A stretch of DNA of 63,555 nt, the filler included, from Phoronis australis (Eukaryota; Animalia; Phoronida), in assembly GCA_002633005.1 (NCBI GenBank). It is 7 parts of 7 records of this genome, joined end to end, with 100 filler letters (N's around TTAATTAATTAA, not from the genome) between each part and the next. Parts side by side here need not be neighbours in the genome. Positions count along the whole stretch, not along the records: positions 36,186 to 50,069 come from NMRA01000455.1; positions 50,170 to 58,925 come from NMRA01001584.1; positions 59,026 to 63,555 come from NMRA01002560.1; 4 more parts are not named here. One strand, 5' to 3'. Numbering within the stretch: the first letter of the stretch is position 1; the number at the start of each line of letters is the position of its first letter. A program made the translations under genes and the position numbers. Shown here piece after piece: positions 48,214 to 61,059 of this stretch. The notes below the pieces were generated by a model that had not been told where the DNA came from, searched no databases, and worked only from the letters and a program-made list of their open reading frames with translations.

Positions 48214-51200
48214 CACGCCAGCTTTGCGCCAAGACTACCCTTAGGCCTAACTGGTCGCTGGCCACAAACACAAAAAACACGGAAATTGAACAAAGTTTCT
48301 TTTTTGTAGCAACGTTTGTCAAAATGTATCAACGTTAAGTCTTCACAAATTACAAAGTAGCCGACTGAACATGCCTTTCAGTTCAGCAAAAGTCGACATT
48401 GTAGGTGCCGCCAGAAATGAGACGAAGTCCAACGGGAATGTGAGCACATTTATCTCTTAATGAGTAACAACTGCGAGGTTGAAATTTGGTGAACACAGTT
48501 GAATCGTGCAGAATAGTAAGTAAAGATATGTCTAACTAAATTTCACCGTAATTTGTTGGCGAAAAAAATTTACACAATGTTTTAAACTCGTAACTTATCC
48601 CGCTGTCCTCCAATATGGCCGACGCGATCCAAAAAAAGTGACCCAAATTTCGCCACAAAACTTGTAATAACTTTACACTGCTTGCCCCGAATTTGATACT
48701 TTTTCGATGTTTACTGAGTAGAATATACTACCTTTCCGATGATAGTAAAGTACTTTTTCAAAACGAGGAAAAAAATAAAACCGAAAAAAAATTGTTTCGA
48801 CCCATATTGGTTCCTAGGTTCGACCCGCCTACGTAAGGAACTAAACACCAATGCTTTTTTAACATACTAAGTACGCGTAACATTCCAAAAAAATCAACGA
48901 CCACTAACTACAAACTATAAATACACTACATATGCAAACGAATCACGATAAATTACTAATAAAACAAAATAATGAAGACTTTTCGTGCAAGCCATAGCAC
49001 ATTCAGTTACAAGGAAAAAATGGTGGCGTTCAGGACAAGTTCCTGAACTGATGAGCCGGAAATGTGGGTACGGAAATAACCGATGACAACCGGTAATCAT
49101 ACGCTCAGAGAGAAGGGTCAAATACTGTTAAAAATCGCTTTTGGCAAGAAAGGCGAAAAGAATATAAAGAAAGGGTGTCGAAAATAAGAATTTAAGTTGT
49201 AAGTATTTTCGGATACTAGAACCACATGGGCAGTTTGCAACAAGGACTTTAAAGTTATATTTGCAAGACCACCACATATATCGGCGACTGTGAACAATTC
49301 TTCAGACGGCGCTATCCGGTTACCCGGATGTGTGATGTACAGTAAACTTATCCAAACTAACATCCAGCTTCTGAATCTATGTACGTGTCAACTTGACTAA
49401 TTTACTTCCACGGTAGAGTGTGTGTTGTTGGTAATGTTTTCAATCAATAAGAGCGTGGCCGATGATTATACAAGGAAAATGAAATCGATGTGTTATTTTT
49501 TAGCAATCCCCATTATGTTACGCCATTTTAAGACGGGTGACTGAACTCTGCCGGCTGATCGGTGGATCACTGCCAACTCAGGCGATTGGTCGTTGAACTA
49601 TCCAGCGGAAGGGGATAAATTTAAAAAATACACGATTTTCGTACGACACACTCCAAGTTAGTTGCGTGGTAATACCTTGTTAAATTTGTCACTGCAGTGT
49701 TATGAAACGACAACAAAAGCCTGATGTTAGTACAAGAAAAGTCAAACAATACAAACTCTCTTCTTTCTGTCATTTCACGTTTCCCATTTTACATTTATCA
49801 TTTGATGTCAAAAATTCACTTGAGGGTTACACCGAACTCCATTCCAGACTGCTTAAGCTCCAAGCAAAATCCGGGGCTTGGTTTTACACGTCAGAAACTT
49901 TCCGCTTCTGACGTACAGGCATTTCGTCTAATAAATGAACAAGTAAGCTTGACGTGGACTTTCTGACAAGGATAAGCATTTCTCACATGACTTGCAAGGT
50001 GTTACGACACGACTGCTTCATAACACGAGTAACACGAGTACATATCAGTGGCGGATCTACGGGGGGGTTNNNNNNNNNNNNNNNNNNNNNNNNNNNNNNN
50101 NNNNNNNNNNNNNTTAATTAATTAANNNNNNNNNNNNNNNNNNNNNNNNNNNNNNNNNNNNNNNNNNNNTTTCTCCAAAATACAAGGCTTTTATGTCGTG
50201 TTTCGCAAGCTAATTATATGTTCCAAGAGCCCCCTATTGGCAGCAGAGGCAACTGAGAACATGCAAAAGGACGAAGTGCAGTTCGTGTAATGCTTCCTAC
50301 GCAAAAAGTACATTAGAGGCAAGATTTTTTATTTTAGATTATGAACAGGTTAGGAATGACTAAACAAATTATTATAAAGTCAATTTCAGAAAAGGTGCGT
50401 TATGGCTGCTACAGAGTGCCAAATTTGGCCGAAAATGGCTTCAGTGAAAACCTGAAAAATAGCCGTTTTTGCCTCACAAATTCAAAACGTACAAATTTGA
50501 AAATGGACTTTGAAAGTTATGCCATTGAATTATTCAGCCATTGCTCTTTCAATTCGTATTATTCATTTGTTTTTTCCTTACCACACATGCTAGTAAAATG
50601 CACTCAAACATGCCTACTTCGACGCCCAATTTTGTTGCAAAATGGAGGTACAGGTCATAAAAAGAAAAATAATGAATGAAAATTCTTAAAAAGTGAGGTT
50701 TTTCTACATCTCAACAAACCAAACTCATCTGCTAAGTTTAAAAAAAATCGGTGATTTTGGGTATAGACTCTACCTGTTGGTTTTTATATGGAGTCACTCT
50801 TAATTGGTGAGTGGGTTTCGGCTATCGCCCGTTAAACACACGAGACGAAATCAGCACGAACTCTATGGGAAATATTATAACAAGAACCTGAATTACATTT
50901 CCCATAACAGCAATACTGGTTTGTCATTTTTCACACTAAAAGCTTAAAAACTAGAAGTCAAACTGAAAAGAAATACACTCTGTACACGTATCGGGCAAAT
51001 GGCCAAACGACAAGCTTTTTCCCTAGTTCCGGTGACGTCACAGTTAGTCTCACAGAATCTTGCGTTATTGTTATTAACCTGCATAAGAACTATTGCTTTT
51101 AAAGGGAGTATTAAATTTTTCGTTACAGATTTAGCTGCCAAGAGTTTGAATTCAGATTCTCCGCAGGATTTTTACTCGTCGCCAGGGAAAGCTATCAAAA

Positions 51201-53779
51201 TACCGTGTGAACCCCTTCATGATAGCTACCCGGTGCAAAGTATAGTTTACACTTTGGGACCATTATGTGAGAACGGCAATTGTAGTGATGGAATACCTAT
51301 TTCTGAAACGAGCCTGGTCCAGGTCATCCCGGTTACAAGTAAGACATCAGCACCGTCTGGTTTTGAAATAGCAACCTCTTTCAAATTATCATTCCATAGC
51401 GGAGTCGCGATTTTTATTGATATTAAGCAATAAGGTTGTGGAGACTCAAGAACTTAAAACTGGTCCCGGTTGCCACATTTTTCACAAACAGCACAGTTCC
51501 TAACACTTTCCAAAATCAATTGTTATGCAATGTCTTTACACCGTGCAAGCAGCACAATTTATTTTCGCACCATATCCATTGCTACTGTCGGTACTTGGGT
51601 AGTGAGGGTACCCCACAGTGGAGACAGTCCGCGTCACACCCTGGACAGATGAATGCCGTCAAGATGGTTGATGCATTAGCCACGAAAATTTCGCCCCGTT
51701 AGATATTTCGCAATTAGCATATTGTCAGGGTTGGTTTTTGCCTGTGTGCTCGGATAGGTTGGAGAAAGGAGGAAAGAAGGGCGTTCGCGGAAGCGGCATT
51801 ACCTCGGGTACCAATTTGTCATTCTTTTTTCACACTGCCCATAGTGAGCTTTTGTACACGGAAATACATGTACAAGTGAAGACACTTTAGCGACAACCAA
51901 GTAAGGTTATTTCAAATAGCATGTCTAGTGAAACTTAATCGCCTTAGCAAATCTCCAAATATTGACATCATTAGCACGAGTAAAAATAATATGGCTGCCG
52001 AACCCAAAACATGACCGCCAGTCCTCCAAATCAGACCGACTCACCACAAAACAGGACCTGTAGGGATCAAATAGGACCGCTGCATCAGAAAATTGGGCCA
52101 ACGCTCCTAAAAACATGACCACAAAAAAGGACCGCTGGAGACTGAGCATGACCACCGGACAAAATGTCTGTTGGACCCCGAAATTTCACAGAACTCCAGA
52201 ATGTCTGCTCGTCACCTCGTCGTGAAACTTATATCAACATGCAAAGCAAATTAACGACTGACGGGGGTGCATGTAAAGTCTGGGAGTCAACCGACACTTA
52301 TCTTCGCCATTACAGCCGTTTTTAAACTGCTGCAATGGCGAAGGTACATGTAAGTAAAAGCAAAACGCAATCCAATAAACGTCATCTTCTTGCATAATTC
52401 TCCGTCTTTGGTAACAACACAGGCGCTTGGGTTTATCGCAAATGACGTCACTCAATAATATACATAAGAAAACATAAAGGTTGGACACTCGAAATCTGTT
52501 TGCTCAGAATTGTCTACTCAAATGTGCATGGAACTCCACGAAACTAGCATCGGACAACTCTTAGAATACTTTCTTGCATTCGATCTCTTNAGGAAGTGAT
52601 TCCGTGATGTCATGGCAGACGGTCTTCGCACATCCGGGTTTTTGACGGACGCTCCCGAGCTAAATCCCAAAGTCTAATTTCGCGCGGCTTTCATCGTCAA
52701 TCCCTCGACTACTTGATCATGAGAAGCAGAGAGCGCTTTATTGCCAAATAAATGTAATTACTCACATATTTGTGTCAAATATAAATCATCCTGATACTGT
52801 ATTGATATGCGAAGTTTTTTTGTGTACTGTGATTTCTTATGAAGGTTTTACTTTTGGCCAAAACCATTGAGCTAACTCGTCGGCCACGCGCATTGTAATA
52901 CTTGAACGGACTGCGTTTCCTGGCCAAGTGTGTGTTGTGTTTCAATCAAAAAAGTCAAGATGAGAAACAAGATACGCCAGTTTATGTAATAAAATTCTAA
53001 GTTAAGGGCCAAAATGAGCCGTCAGTGGAATAAAGTTACAAATAATCATTAAAATACTAACTTTAACATTCTCAGTTAGTTGAGTTTTGGATTAGAATTA
53101 TTGAATTTGAAATATAGGTTGCTTGCTCAAACTCGAAGTTTCACCTACGACNNNNNNNNNNNNNNNNNNNNNNNNNNNNNNNNNNNNNNNNNNNNNNNNN
53201 NNNNNNNNNNNNNNNNNNNNNNNNNNNNNNNNNNNNNNNNNNNNNNNNNNNNNNNNNNNNNNNNNNNNNNNNNNNGTTAATGGGATCTAGGAAAGATAAG
53301 GCTTCGAAGGTTTATGCAACACCAGACTGAGGGAGGTGCACGCAGATTTTACTTGGATTTTGGACGGTTGAAGTTGGGAGCCTCGGCTTTGCAAAGTTTA
53401 AGTGTCCAACCTTTATGTTTTCTTATATATATATATTGTGACGTCATTTGCGATAAACCCAAGCGCATGTGCTCTGGAATGCCAACTTCGATCTCGTGCT
53501 GTTGAGGTTGCGCTGCGCATGCGTGGAATTTGTTCGCATTCGTTTGTTACGGTATTGGTTGTCGCTATCAAATTTCCTGTCACGAAATTTTTTTGCAACT
53601 CAGTCGTTTTTCAACCAAATGGCATAGAACTCGTATGATTAGGAAGCCCTTTATCAATTCTTGATGGTGTACGATTATACCAGAAGCAAAAGATAAATAA
53701 TTTAACTAATAAGTAATTATCAATGATTTAAAAGATTTCTATCCTATAAAGACAAAAGATTTTAGAATAATGATCTCTC

Positions 53780-54161
53780 ACAGTTGCTGCGAAAAATTGT
53801 GTCTGGTATTCATCCAAAATAATACATCTTTATGAATTAATTAGACCTTAGGACCCATTTCATACAATTATATTCTTCTGTAAAAATGCAGAATGCAGCC
53901 AACATTTACAAAAAACGTGATAAACTAATTACTCCAACTTTCTATCCAAAATTTGAAGATAAAAGTTTTCTAATAAAAAATTGGGCAAACATCTATTACG
54001 TAACTTTGATATGCGCAGTGGATAGCTCATTACAACTTTATCAACTCTTTTTTTCAGAAATTAAAATTAGTGATCCTGATACATGTCGTGAATTTTGCTG
54101 TGAACAAGAGACATTGGAACACAGTTTTACAATTGTTATTTTACTAAAAAGAGGACTCTAG
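53780..54161 (+). mobile_element. Highly decayed L1/Tx1 3' (zf-RVT-like) fragment
   Basis: NWANIY...KISDPDTCREFCCEQETLEHSF resembles the C..C...ETLxHLF region of 2783-3421. Confidence 0.55.
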
Positions 54162-55619
54162 AAAATAACAATGTTCAAAAGAAAGAGAAAAGAAACGTTA
54201 CTTTGAACAACTGTTGGATACTTGTCCTGGTCAACATTCGAGATGAGAAACCGGTGGATCTGAGCCAAAATGCAAAGGTGAAATGTTCGCTGCAACACAC
54301 CAAAAGCTTCTGACAACATTTTTTTGTCGAACGGGAGACTTAACATCCGAAAGTGCCCGACGGTGTTTTTGTCAATTTCGCCGTTGTCAAAAAGCGGAAT
54401 ATTTTGATGTTGTGGTGGAATGGCAGCCATTGTATTGAATTGGATTTTTTACAAGGTAAACTTTTCATTCTTATAAATTTTGTTTCACTGGTATTTTACA
54501 TGTAGATTTTTTTACGTTTACCGCCTTATGGCAATGTCGTAAATACCGGTCACGTGGTGTTATACATTAAAGTGAAATTATGCGTAACAGTTTTTCATAG
54601 ACTATAAAGCTCTCTATACGAGTCGAGTACGACAAAATATGCCACAACAATTAAGATGCGTCACTGTGAAGAATGTTATGATAATGATTTTTGGCGGCTA
54701 AACGTTAAAGAACTGTTTCAGGTATCTGCAAGTAGTGATGAAAATGAAATAAAAAGTCCATTGATTGCCAGTTACACTTGTTTACGCTTCTTTTAAGTAC
54801 ATATACCTCGGTCCACATTGTAGGTGGCCTTTATAATCACCACTTGCGTGTCATCACACACGTCATAGAGTTGCAAATCAGTGAACTGCACCTGTACTAT
54901 TGCGGTGAAGTTTAACTTCTCGAGACCCGATTATTTTTTAGTGAGGACACAATTTGAACACTGCTACACGGCCAGTTAACTTTAGCCTCAAACTAGTTCG
55001 CCTGAGCTTCATACCACCCTCCGTGAAAGGAGTTGTGGCCGGAGTTAGAGCTACCTAGTTGATGTCGACTATTTGCAATAAAGTCTCTTGTTCGAACAAC
55101 GAAAACTTAATATGTTCATTTAAAGGGGCATTTCCTTTATGCTTACTACCAAATATGTATGCTGAGTAACTCTCAAAATTCGTTCCCGATGATTAATATA
55201 TGTTCTCTAAACTGAACTCAGAACTTCGCCTATGGCGCGTCATGCTTCGAGCAAACTTACAAAGTTGTACTCAAATAATGTGGCGGGAGTCTGAGTATGA
55301 GTCAAGTCTTAGTTCATAGGTTCGGTCCTGTACCCAGTCGGAGTCTTCCATTGCCAAGAAAGCAATTGGTCCTGTCCAATAATTGAAAGACAGAGTGCGG
55401 ATGAAAAAATAAGAAGTGGTACAATTTCGGAAAAGGTGGCCAGCCATGTCTAAATTCATGACTATTTGACATACATGTTTACTCAGGTTTGAGGAAGGAA
55501 ATTGTTTTCGATTATGAAAAGGCTTCATAACATAGTTCGTGGGCTTCAGCGACTTGCTTTATGGACAGTGATTAAAAAGAGCATGCCCCTTTATTGGTCA
55601 GAGTTTCTAACGAGACACC

Positions 55620-56300
55620 ATTTGATATTGAAATATAAAACAGTTTAGATCTATCCATCAAATCAAATGCTTTGCTAAAGTTAATAAAGGCACAATAAAA
55701 TGGGTTTGATAATTTCTTGACAAATATTTCTCAACCAGGCTATTTAGTGTTAACATGTTATGACCTCTAGAATATTATTTTCCTACAGCCAGTCTGCTCT
55801 TCTACAACAACTTTGCTTTCCTCTACCCATGCTGCCAGTCTTCTGTTTAAGACAGGTGAAAACAACGTGATTCCTCCATAATTGCCAGGCTCTGATGGGT
55901 CATTTGTTGTCCATTTCTCAGGAAAATTTGCACTGGAGAGAATTTTATTGAAAAGCTTGCACATTAAATGTTAAACCTTATTTAAGGCTAGTTTAGTTTA
56001 AAAAAATCAATCGGTACTCCATCTTCACCTGGGCTCTTACCAATTTTCATAACATTTATTGCTTCCCCAATCTTTTCCGTGATGTCTCTATTTAGTACAG
56101 TAGCTCTTTCATCTCGGCTAACATTTAGTACTCTAAATGTATCCATTGAATTCGCCACCTGCTGATCAAATAAAATTCAGATTTTTTATGTTCAGCATTC
56201 AAAAAGGAGCTGAAATATTCAACCCATTCGTCACAGGCTATTTGCAGGTTGGTGGATGACTTTTGTGCGTTTTTTATTATTAATTACCAAAACGTATTCG
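55620..56300 (-). mobile_element. Decayed LINE RT fragment (CR1/L2/RTE-X-type)
   Basis: Minus strand gives KIGKSPGEDGVPIDFF, KLFNKILSSANFPEKW, PGNYGGITL, EEQTGCRK and FYCAFINFSKAFD. Confidence 0.85.
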
Positions 56301-57763
56301 AGTCGATTGATTTATTCGCTTTAGTAACCTTTTCAAGAGTCTTTTATCTATATGTCCTTATTTCCTTTCTTTAAATACCTTCTTGATACCAATGTTTTTG
56401 TTTCATGAGGCTTCGTTTCTATTCCAGTGAAATGCTTCTAAAAGCTTCCATTTTGTTCGTTTCATTGCTTTAGCTCGGAATCGAACCATTTACAACCACC
56501 ATGGTCTTGACTGTTATGCCGTTTTTCCGTTGATACAAACATAACATTACCAACCCCACTAAATAAATATATAAACTCGAGATGACATCGTTTACACACC
56601 TGCCTATTTCCACTGTTTTATACACAATATACAAAATAATCACTGGAAACGAAATTATTAAATTCATTTCTCCCGTCCTCGCTCCAAAATTAACTCATAA
56701 TACTTTGTTACTCCAAATGATGATGCTTGTCAATAATAAAACGTAACTTTTATTATGTTGACGTTGTTATTTGGTTTTTATCGGTAAAACTCGTGCAGCT
56801 TGTCTGTAGGCGAATTTCAACATAATCTACATTCTCAACACGTTGTTATCTTCGTGAATATTTATTTAATTTCAGATTATTCATTAGTTTCTCCAAAAAT
56901 ATTTTCAAAAATGAAAAACAGAAATATTATTTCTACTTTCGAGTGCCAGTGTTGATTAATTTGTTGTGACATATATGCAGCCTCGTGGAAGAAGAACAGT
57001 TGATTCAGTGAAGAATTAGGGAAAAAAGAAACTAACCAATAGGTGATGCAATCTTTCATGGCACCGAAAGCCAACCCAAAAGATCGCACCACAACTTTAG
57101 CAGCAGAATAACGCAGAACACCAATCCGTCATAAGTTGTCCAAAATTCTCATATAGTAAAACAACATATCACAACAACTATTTAAAGTAGGAAGATTTAT
57201 TTTTCATCAAACAATGTTTGACAGAAAGTGCAGGAGATGGTGGTGTTTTGGTCCTCGGATCTCCTGTTTTAAAGGTCAAGGTTCGTGTTTTTTCGGGCTG
57301 GTTAGCTGTTTTGAAGGTGCGTTAATATCTGCTTTCACCGGGGTTCCTGTTTCGATCTAACACCTGGGAATGTTTACTGACGCAATAACGACATTTGCGC
57401 GGACTTTAGCGCGTAAACGTAGAGAATACGGACACGTAGATTGCAATCATTGTTATATCACAAAATGACTATTGTCGACTGCTTTGCATTAAAAACGCGC
57501 GTGGTATGACCACAAAACATAACATTTTTTCCAAATATATAATTGGACGTTCGTTTGCCCATTCAGAGACTTTCCTAGATTTTTTTCAAAATCTTCTCCA
57601 CAACTTTAAAAAAACTGGTACCTAACTGACCGAACACGTGATCGATAGACGATCGGAAGCCAAAGATTGACTCCTTCCATGCATTATGGTTTCTGATTGA
57701 GTTTTTTCACTTTCACATGATTACAACTGCACTAATTGGTTCGAAAATAACAAAATAACAAGG

Positions 57764-57804
57764 TCATCATCATCTTCACCATCATCATCATCATCATCAT
57801 CATC

Positions 57805-57883
<79 letters not shown>

Positions 57884-57982
57884 GCATCATCATCATCAGC
57901 ATCATCATCATCATCATCTTCATCATCATCTTCATCATCATCATCATCATCATAATCATCGTCATCATCATCGTCGTCGCCG

Positions 57983-58019
<37 letters not shown>

Positions 58020-58060
58020 TCATCATCATCATCGATAATGTCATTTACATCATCATCATA
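57764..58060. repeat. (CAT)n microsatellite
   Basis: Direct reading. Confidence 0.98.
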
Positions 58061-58361
58061 ATAATTATTGTCACCATTATCATCGGCATCCTCATCATCG
58101 GTTCCACTATACGACAACTATCGTATCTGCTATGTTTTCCGTATTACATGTGACTTGAGTGTTTTGTTCAATGAGATAGATATAACTCATTGGCTTTGTT
58201 GCATTGAAGATGAAATGAGGACGACTACGTGAAAAATGTTTAAGTCACATGCTCTTCAGTTTTGTCACGTAGACCTACATGTACAGTATACACACAGGAG
58301 TTCAAGGGCAAGATGTCCACTACTACGTCTACCGATAATTGGAGTTCTGCATTCGAACGGA

Positions 58362-58425
58362 GTTCCCGATGGCTCAGTGGAGTAGAGCGTCTACACGGTT
58401 AGCAGAACTACCCGGTTCGAGTCCC
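58362..58425 (+). pseudogene. tRNA-like sequence / tRNA-derived SINE head
   Basis: A box TGGCTCAGTGG, D-arm GCTC/GAGC, B box GGTTCGAGTCC, then T5. There is no 3' acceptor strand. Confidence 0.6.
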
Positions 58426-58639
58426 TTTTTAACAGAAATCTTTTCAGACATTTATTAGGGCACGTGATGTGGCCACAGGAAGCGTGCGGACCACATACAT
58501 ACATTACACATTTCCACGTGGTTTTAAGAATTACATATTTATACACACGCATTTTAACCCACGTTTATTAGATCTGTGATATAAACAAAATACTGTCAAT
58601 TTAAAAAAAACATGTTCCAAATGATGTTTTATCAGCGGA

Positions 58640-58925
58640 AGTAGCATTAAGCACACTACCAGCATTAGCAGCACCATTTCAGCAATTGGAACAGATGCAG
58701 TTGTAGAAGCAGTTGCAGTGACGGTAGCAACAAAAGGTCAGCAGCAGTAGCAACGAACATGGGCAATGACAGTAGTAACAACAGCAGTAGAATCAGAGTT
58801 GTACCTGATGGCTGCAAAACCAGTGTCATCGGCAGCAGCTGTTACAGCATTAGATAGAATGTCAGCAGTAGCCGTAATAGTCGTTGTAGCAGTAGCGGCA
58901 GTATCATTGCGGTAGGGGTGGTAGC
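58640..58925. repeat. Degenerate (AGC/AGT)n low-complexity tract
   Basis: GCAGTAGCA-rich triplets running up to the gap. Confidence 0.7.
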
Positions 58926-59278
58926 NNNNNNNNNNNNNNNNNNNNNNNNNNNNNNNNNNNNNNNNNNNNTTAATTAATTAANNNNNNNNNNNNNNNNNNN
59001 NNNNNNNNNNNNNNNNNNNNNNNNNTAAGTGTAGGTATAGGTAAAGCGTATCAGGGTGTGGGTAGATACAACAAAAGAGACATTAGCACAAGTGCTACTT
59101 ATAGATAGAAAATGCATGTTTATGAATTATTTACAGAGAGGTACACATAGAAGATACACATGCAAAAAACATACATTACTATGTATACAAGCCTTAGTCA
59201 AAAACCTAATGGTTGAGTTGTAAATTTACTTCCAATGAATTCTATGAGTCTCCGTTAGCCACTCGCTGATGGGAAATA

Positions 59279-59358
59279 GCCCATTGGCTGAATGGTAAAT
59301 ACACTTGCCAGTTTTATCAGGGTATTTATCAGGGTTGCGGTTCGATACCCTGAGGTTG
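59279..59358 (+). pseudogene. Possible tRNA-derived SINE head
   Basis: A-box-like TGGCTGAATGG and B-box-like GGTTCGATACC at tRNA-like spacing. Confidence 0.35.
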
Positions 59359-59531
59359 GATAACTACAATTGCCAACTACGCGATGCAAAAGACATGACA
59401 CAACATCGAAACGGTTCTGGCACATTGTAACATCTTATTGATGCAGGCAATTTGTTCCAGAGAAACACTTCAATTGAGACGTAATAATTTTATGGACTCA
59501 CCCTCATTCTCACTTGATGATTTATTGCAGG

Positions 59532-59779
59532 TCAAGCGTCTGCAAGTCTACAACCAAATTTATGAGTTGCTGGAACACTTAAAATAATTATGAAAATTAG
59601 GCCCAAATTAATACCTAACGAACGGTTACTAAGTCTAAGCCAGGTTACAAAACAATTGTCAAGCGTCTGAAAGTCTACAGCCAAATTTATGAGTTACTGG
59701 AACACTTAATATGAAAATTAGACCTAATACACAACGAACGGTTACTACTAACTAAACTTAGCCAGGTTACAAAGCAATC
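59532..59779. repeat. ~125-bp tandem duplication
   Basis: GTCAAGCGTCTG.AAGTCTACA...GCCAGGTTACAAA occurs twice. Confidence 0.85.
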
Positions 59780-60074
59780 TGCTCTAGACCTTTAAACACG
59801 GAGCTGCAAACTAATGATAAATGACAAAATGAAATTATGCACTACTATGTAATTAAGCCTTTACAACGTTAAGAATTAGAAGGAATCACTAATTTTGTAA
59901 TAGAAGACGAAAGGCAGGTAAATGTCGCTTGTATATTCGCTTTCAATCGCACCAGCAAATGCCAGAATCAGAAAGAGGTCAAAGAGCTACATCCGGTAAT
60001 ACGCTATCTGGGCGCTAGATGTCGCGAGAGTAAAAAAAGGTAATTTTGCGACTGGGTCGCGTTTGCTGCCGATA

Positions 60075-61059
60075 CAGTGGCGGATCTAGGATATCACAAG
60101 AGGGGCTGTAAACATTTGCGCAAAGCACGATTAGATGCGCACAGCACCGAATGGGGGGAGGTCCCAGGAAAATTTTTCTGTTTTTTCCTCTAAAAATCAA
60201 GCATTTTCCTTGATTCCTGAAGTATTATCCCAGAAAAAAAGGCAAAGAAAAAAAAAAAAAATAAAACAACACACGGAGAACGCGGCAAACTTGAAAAACT
60301 GCAATTATCACAGACTCGAACTCACGACCTGGCGATAGAGGGCGCGTGCTTTACCACTGCACCACCACGATTTAACTCCTACGTTGTTACGAAGAGACCT
60401 ACTTGTTTATGGTCCACAGCGTTTGCGCGCGAAACCTACTTCTTTTTGTAATGCTTATTACACTTTTTATACTTTGTGCAATCAGTTCGTAACAAAATTT
60501 GTTGTATTTAAAATAGTCTTCAATTGCCCAAAAGACCAAATTCGTTTTTTGTGTTGGCATTAATGACGCGATTGCTTTGAAATCGTCTTAAGTTAAGGTT
60601 TGACAAAGAGAGAATTATGAGTTTCTGATTGATTCACTAAGGCTTCGATTAAAATTCACATCCTACCAGCAGCTTCTGTTTTTTCATCGTCACTCAGATT
60701 CCATTTTCTTTAAAAAAATGAAGAAATTTTCTTCATTGCACAGTGAAGCAGACGACGGAAACGGAGTCGTAGTGCGCAGCACCACTGCCGGTCGCCTGGG
60801 ATATCGCGGGAGAGCCTATACTTAGCCATAGTTTCGTTACGATTGAGCTGTGTTCCGAATTTGGCTTTTGAAATTGGATCTGAGCCCCCCCCCAAACACA
60901 CTAAAACTGCATACATTTAAATCTTGTTTCCGCCGTATAATGTTAATTAGCGGGGTTATTTAATAAACTCAATGTTTCCCTACGCTCTTGCTGTTTTATA
61001 TTTTGCGGCAGCCAAGGGGCCGGGGGGGCGGGTCCCCTGGCCCCCTAAATCCGCCTATG
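60075..61059. mobile_element. hAT-like element with 5-bp TSD and nested insertions
   Basis: Ends CAGTGGCGGATCTAGG...CCTAAATCCGCCTATG; flanked by CGATA at 60070-60074 and 61060-61064. Confidence 0.75.
60313..60368 (-). pseudogene. tRNA-derived SINE head
   Basis: Minus strand GTGGTGCAGTGGTAAAGCAC...GAGTTCGAGTC contains A and B boxes. Confidence 0.55.

Noticed and set aside
50999-51433. 144-aa ORF, with a faint BEL/Pao-like peptide on the opposite strand
   Set aside because: No confident motif, and there are multiple stops on the minus strand.
57721-58044. Poly-Asp and poly-Met ORFs
   Set aside because: They come from the (CAT)n microsatellite and have no supporting coding context.
58362-58425. 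Functional tRNA gene
   Set aside because: The acceptor stem 3' strand is absent and the anticodon arm is irregular. It is kept only as a tRNA-derived relic.
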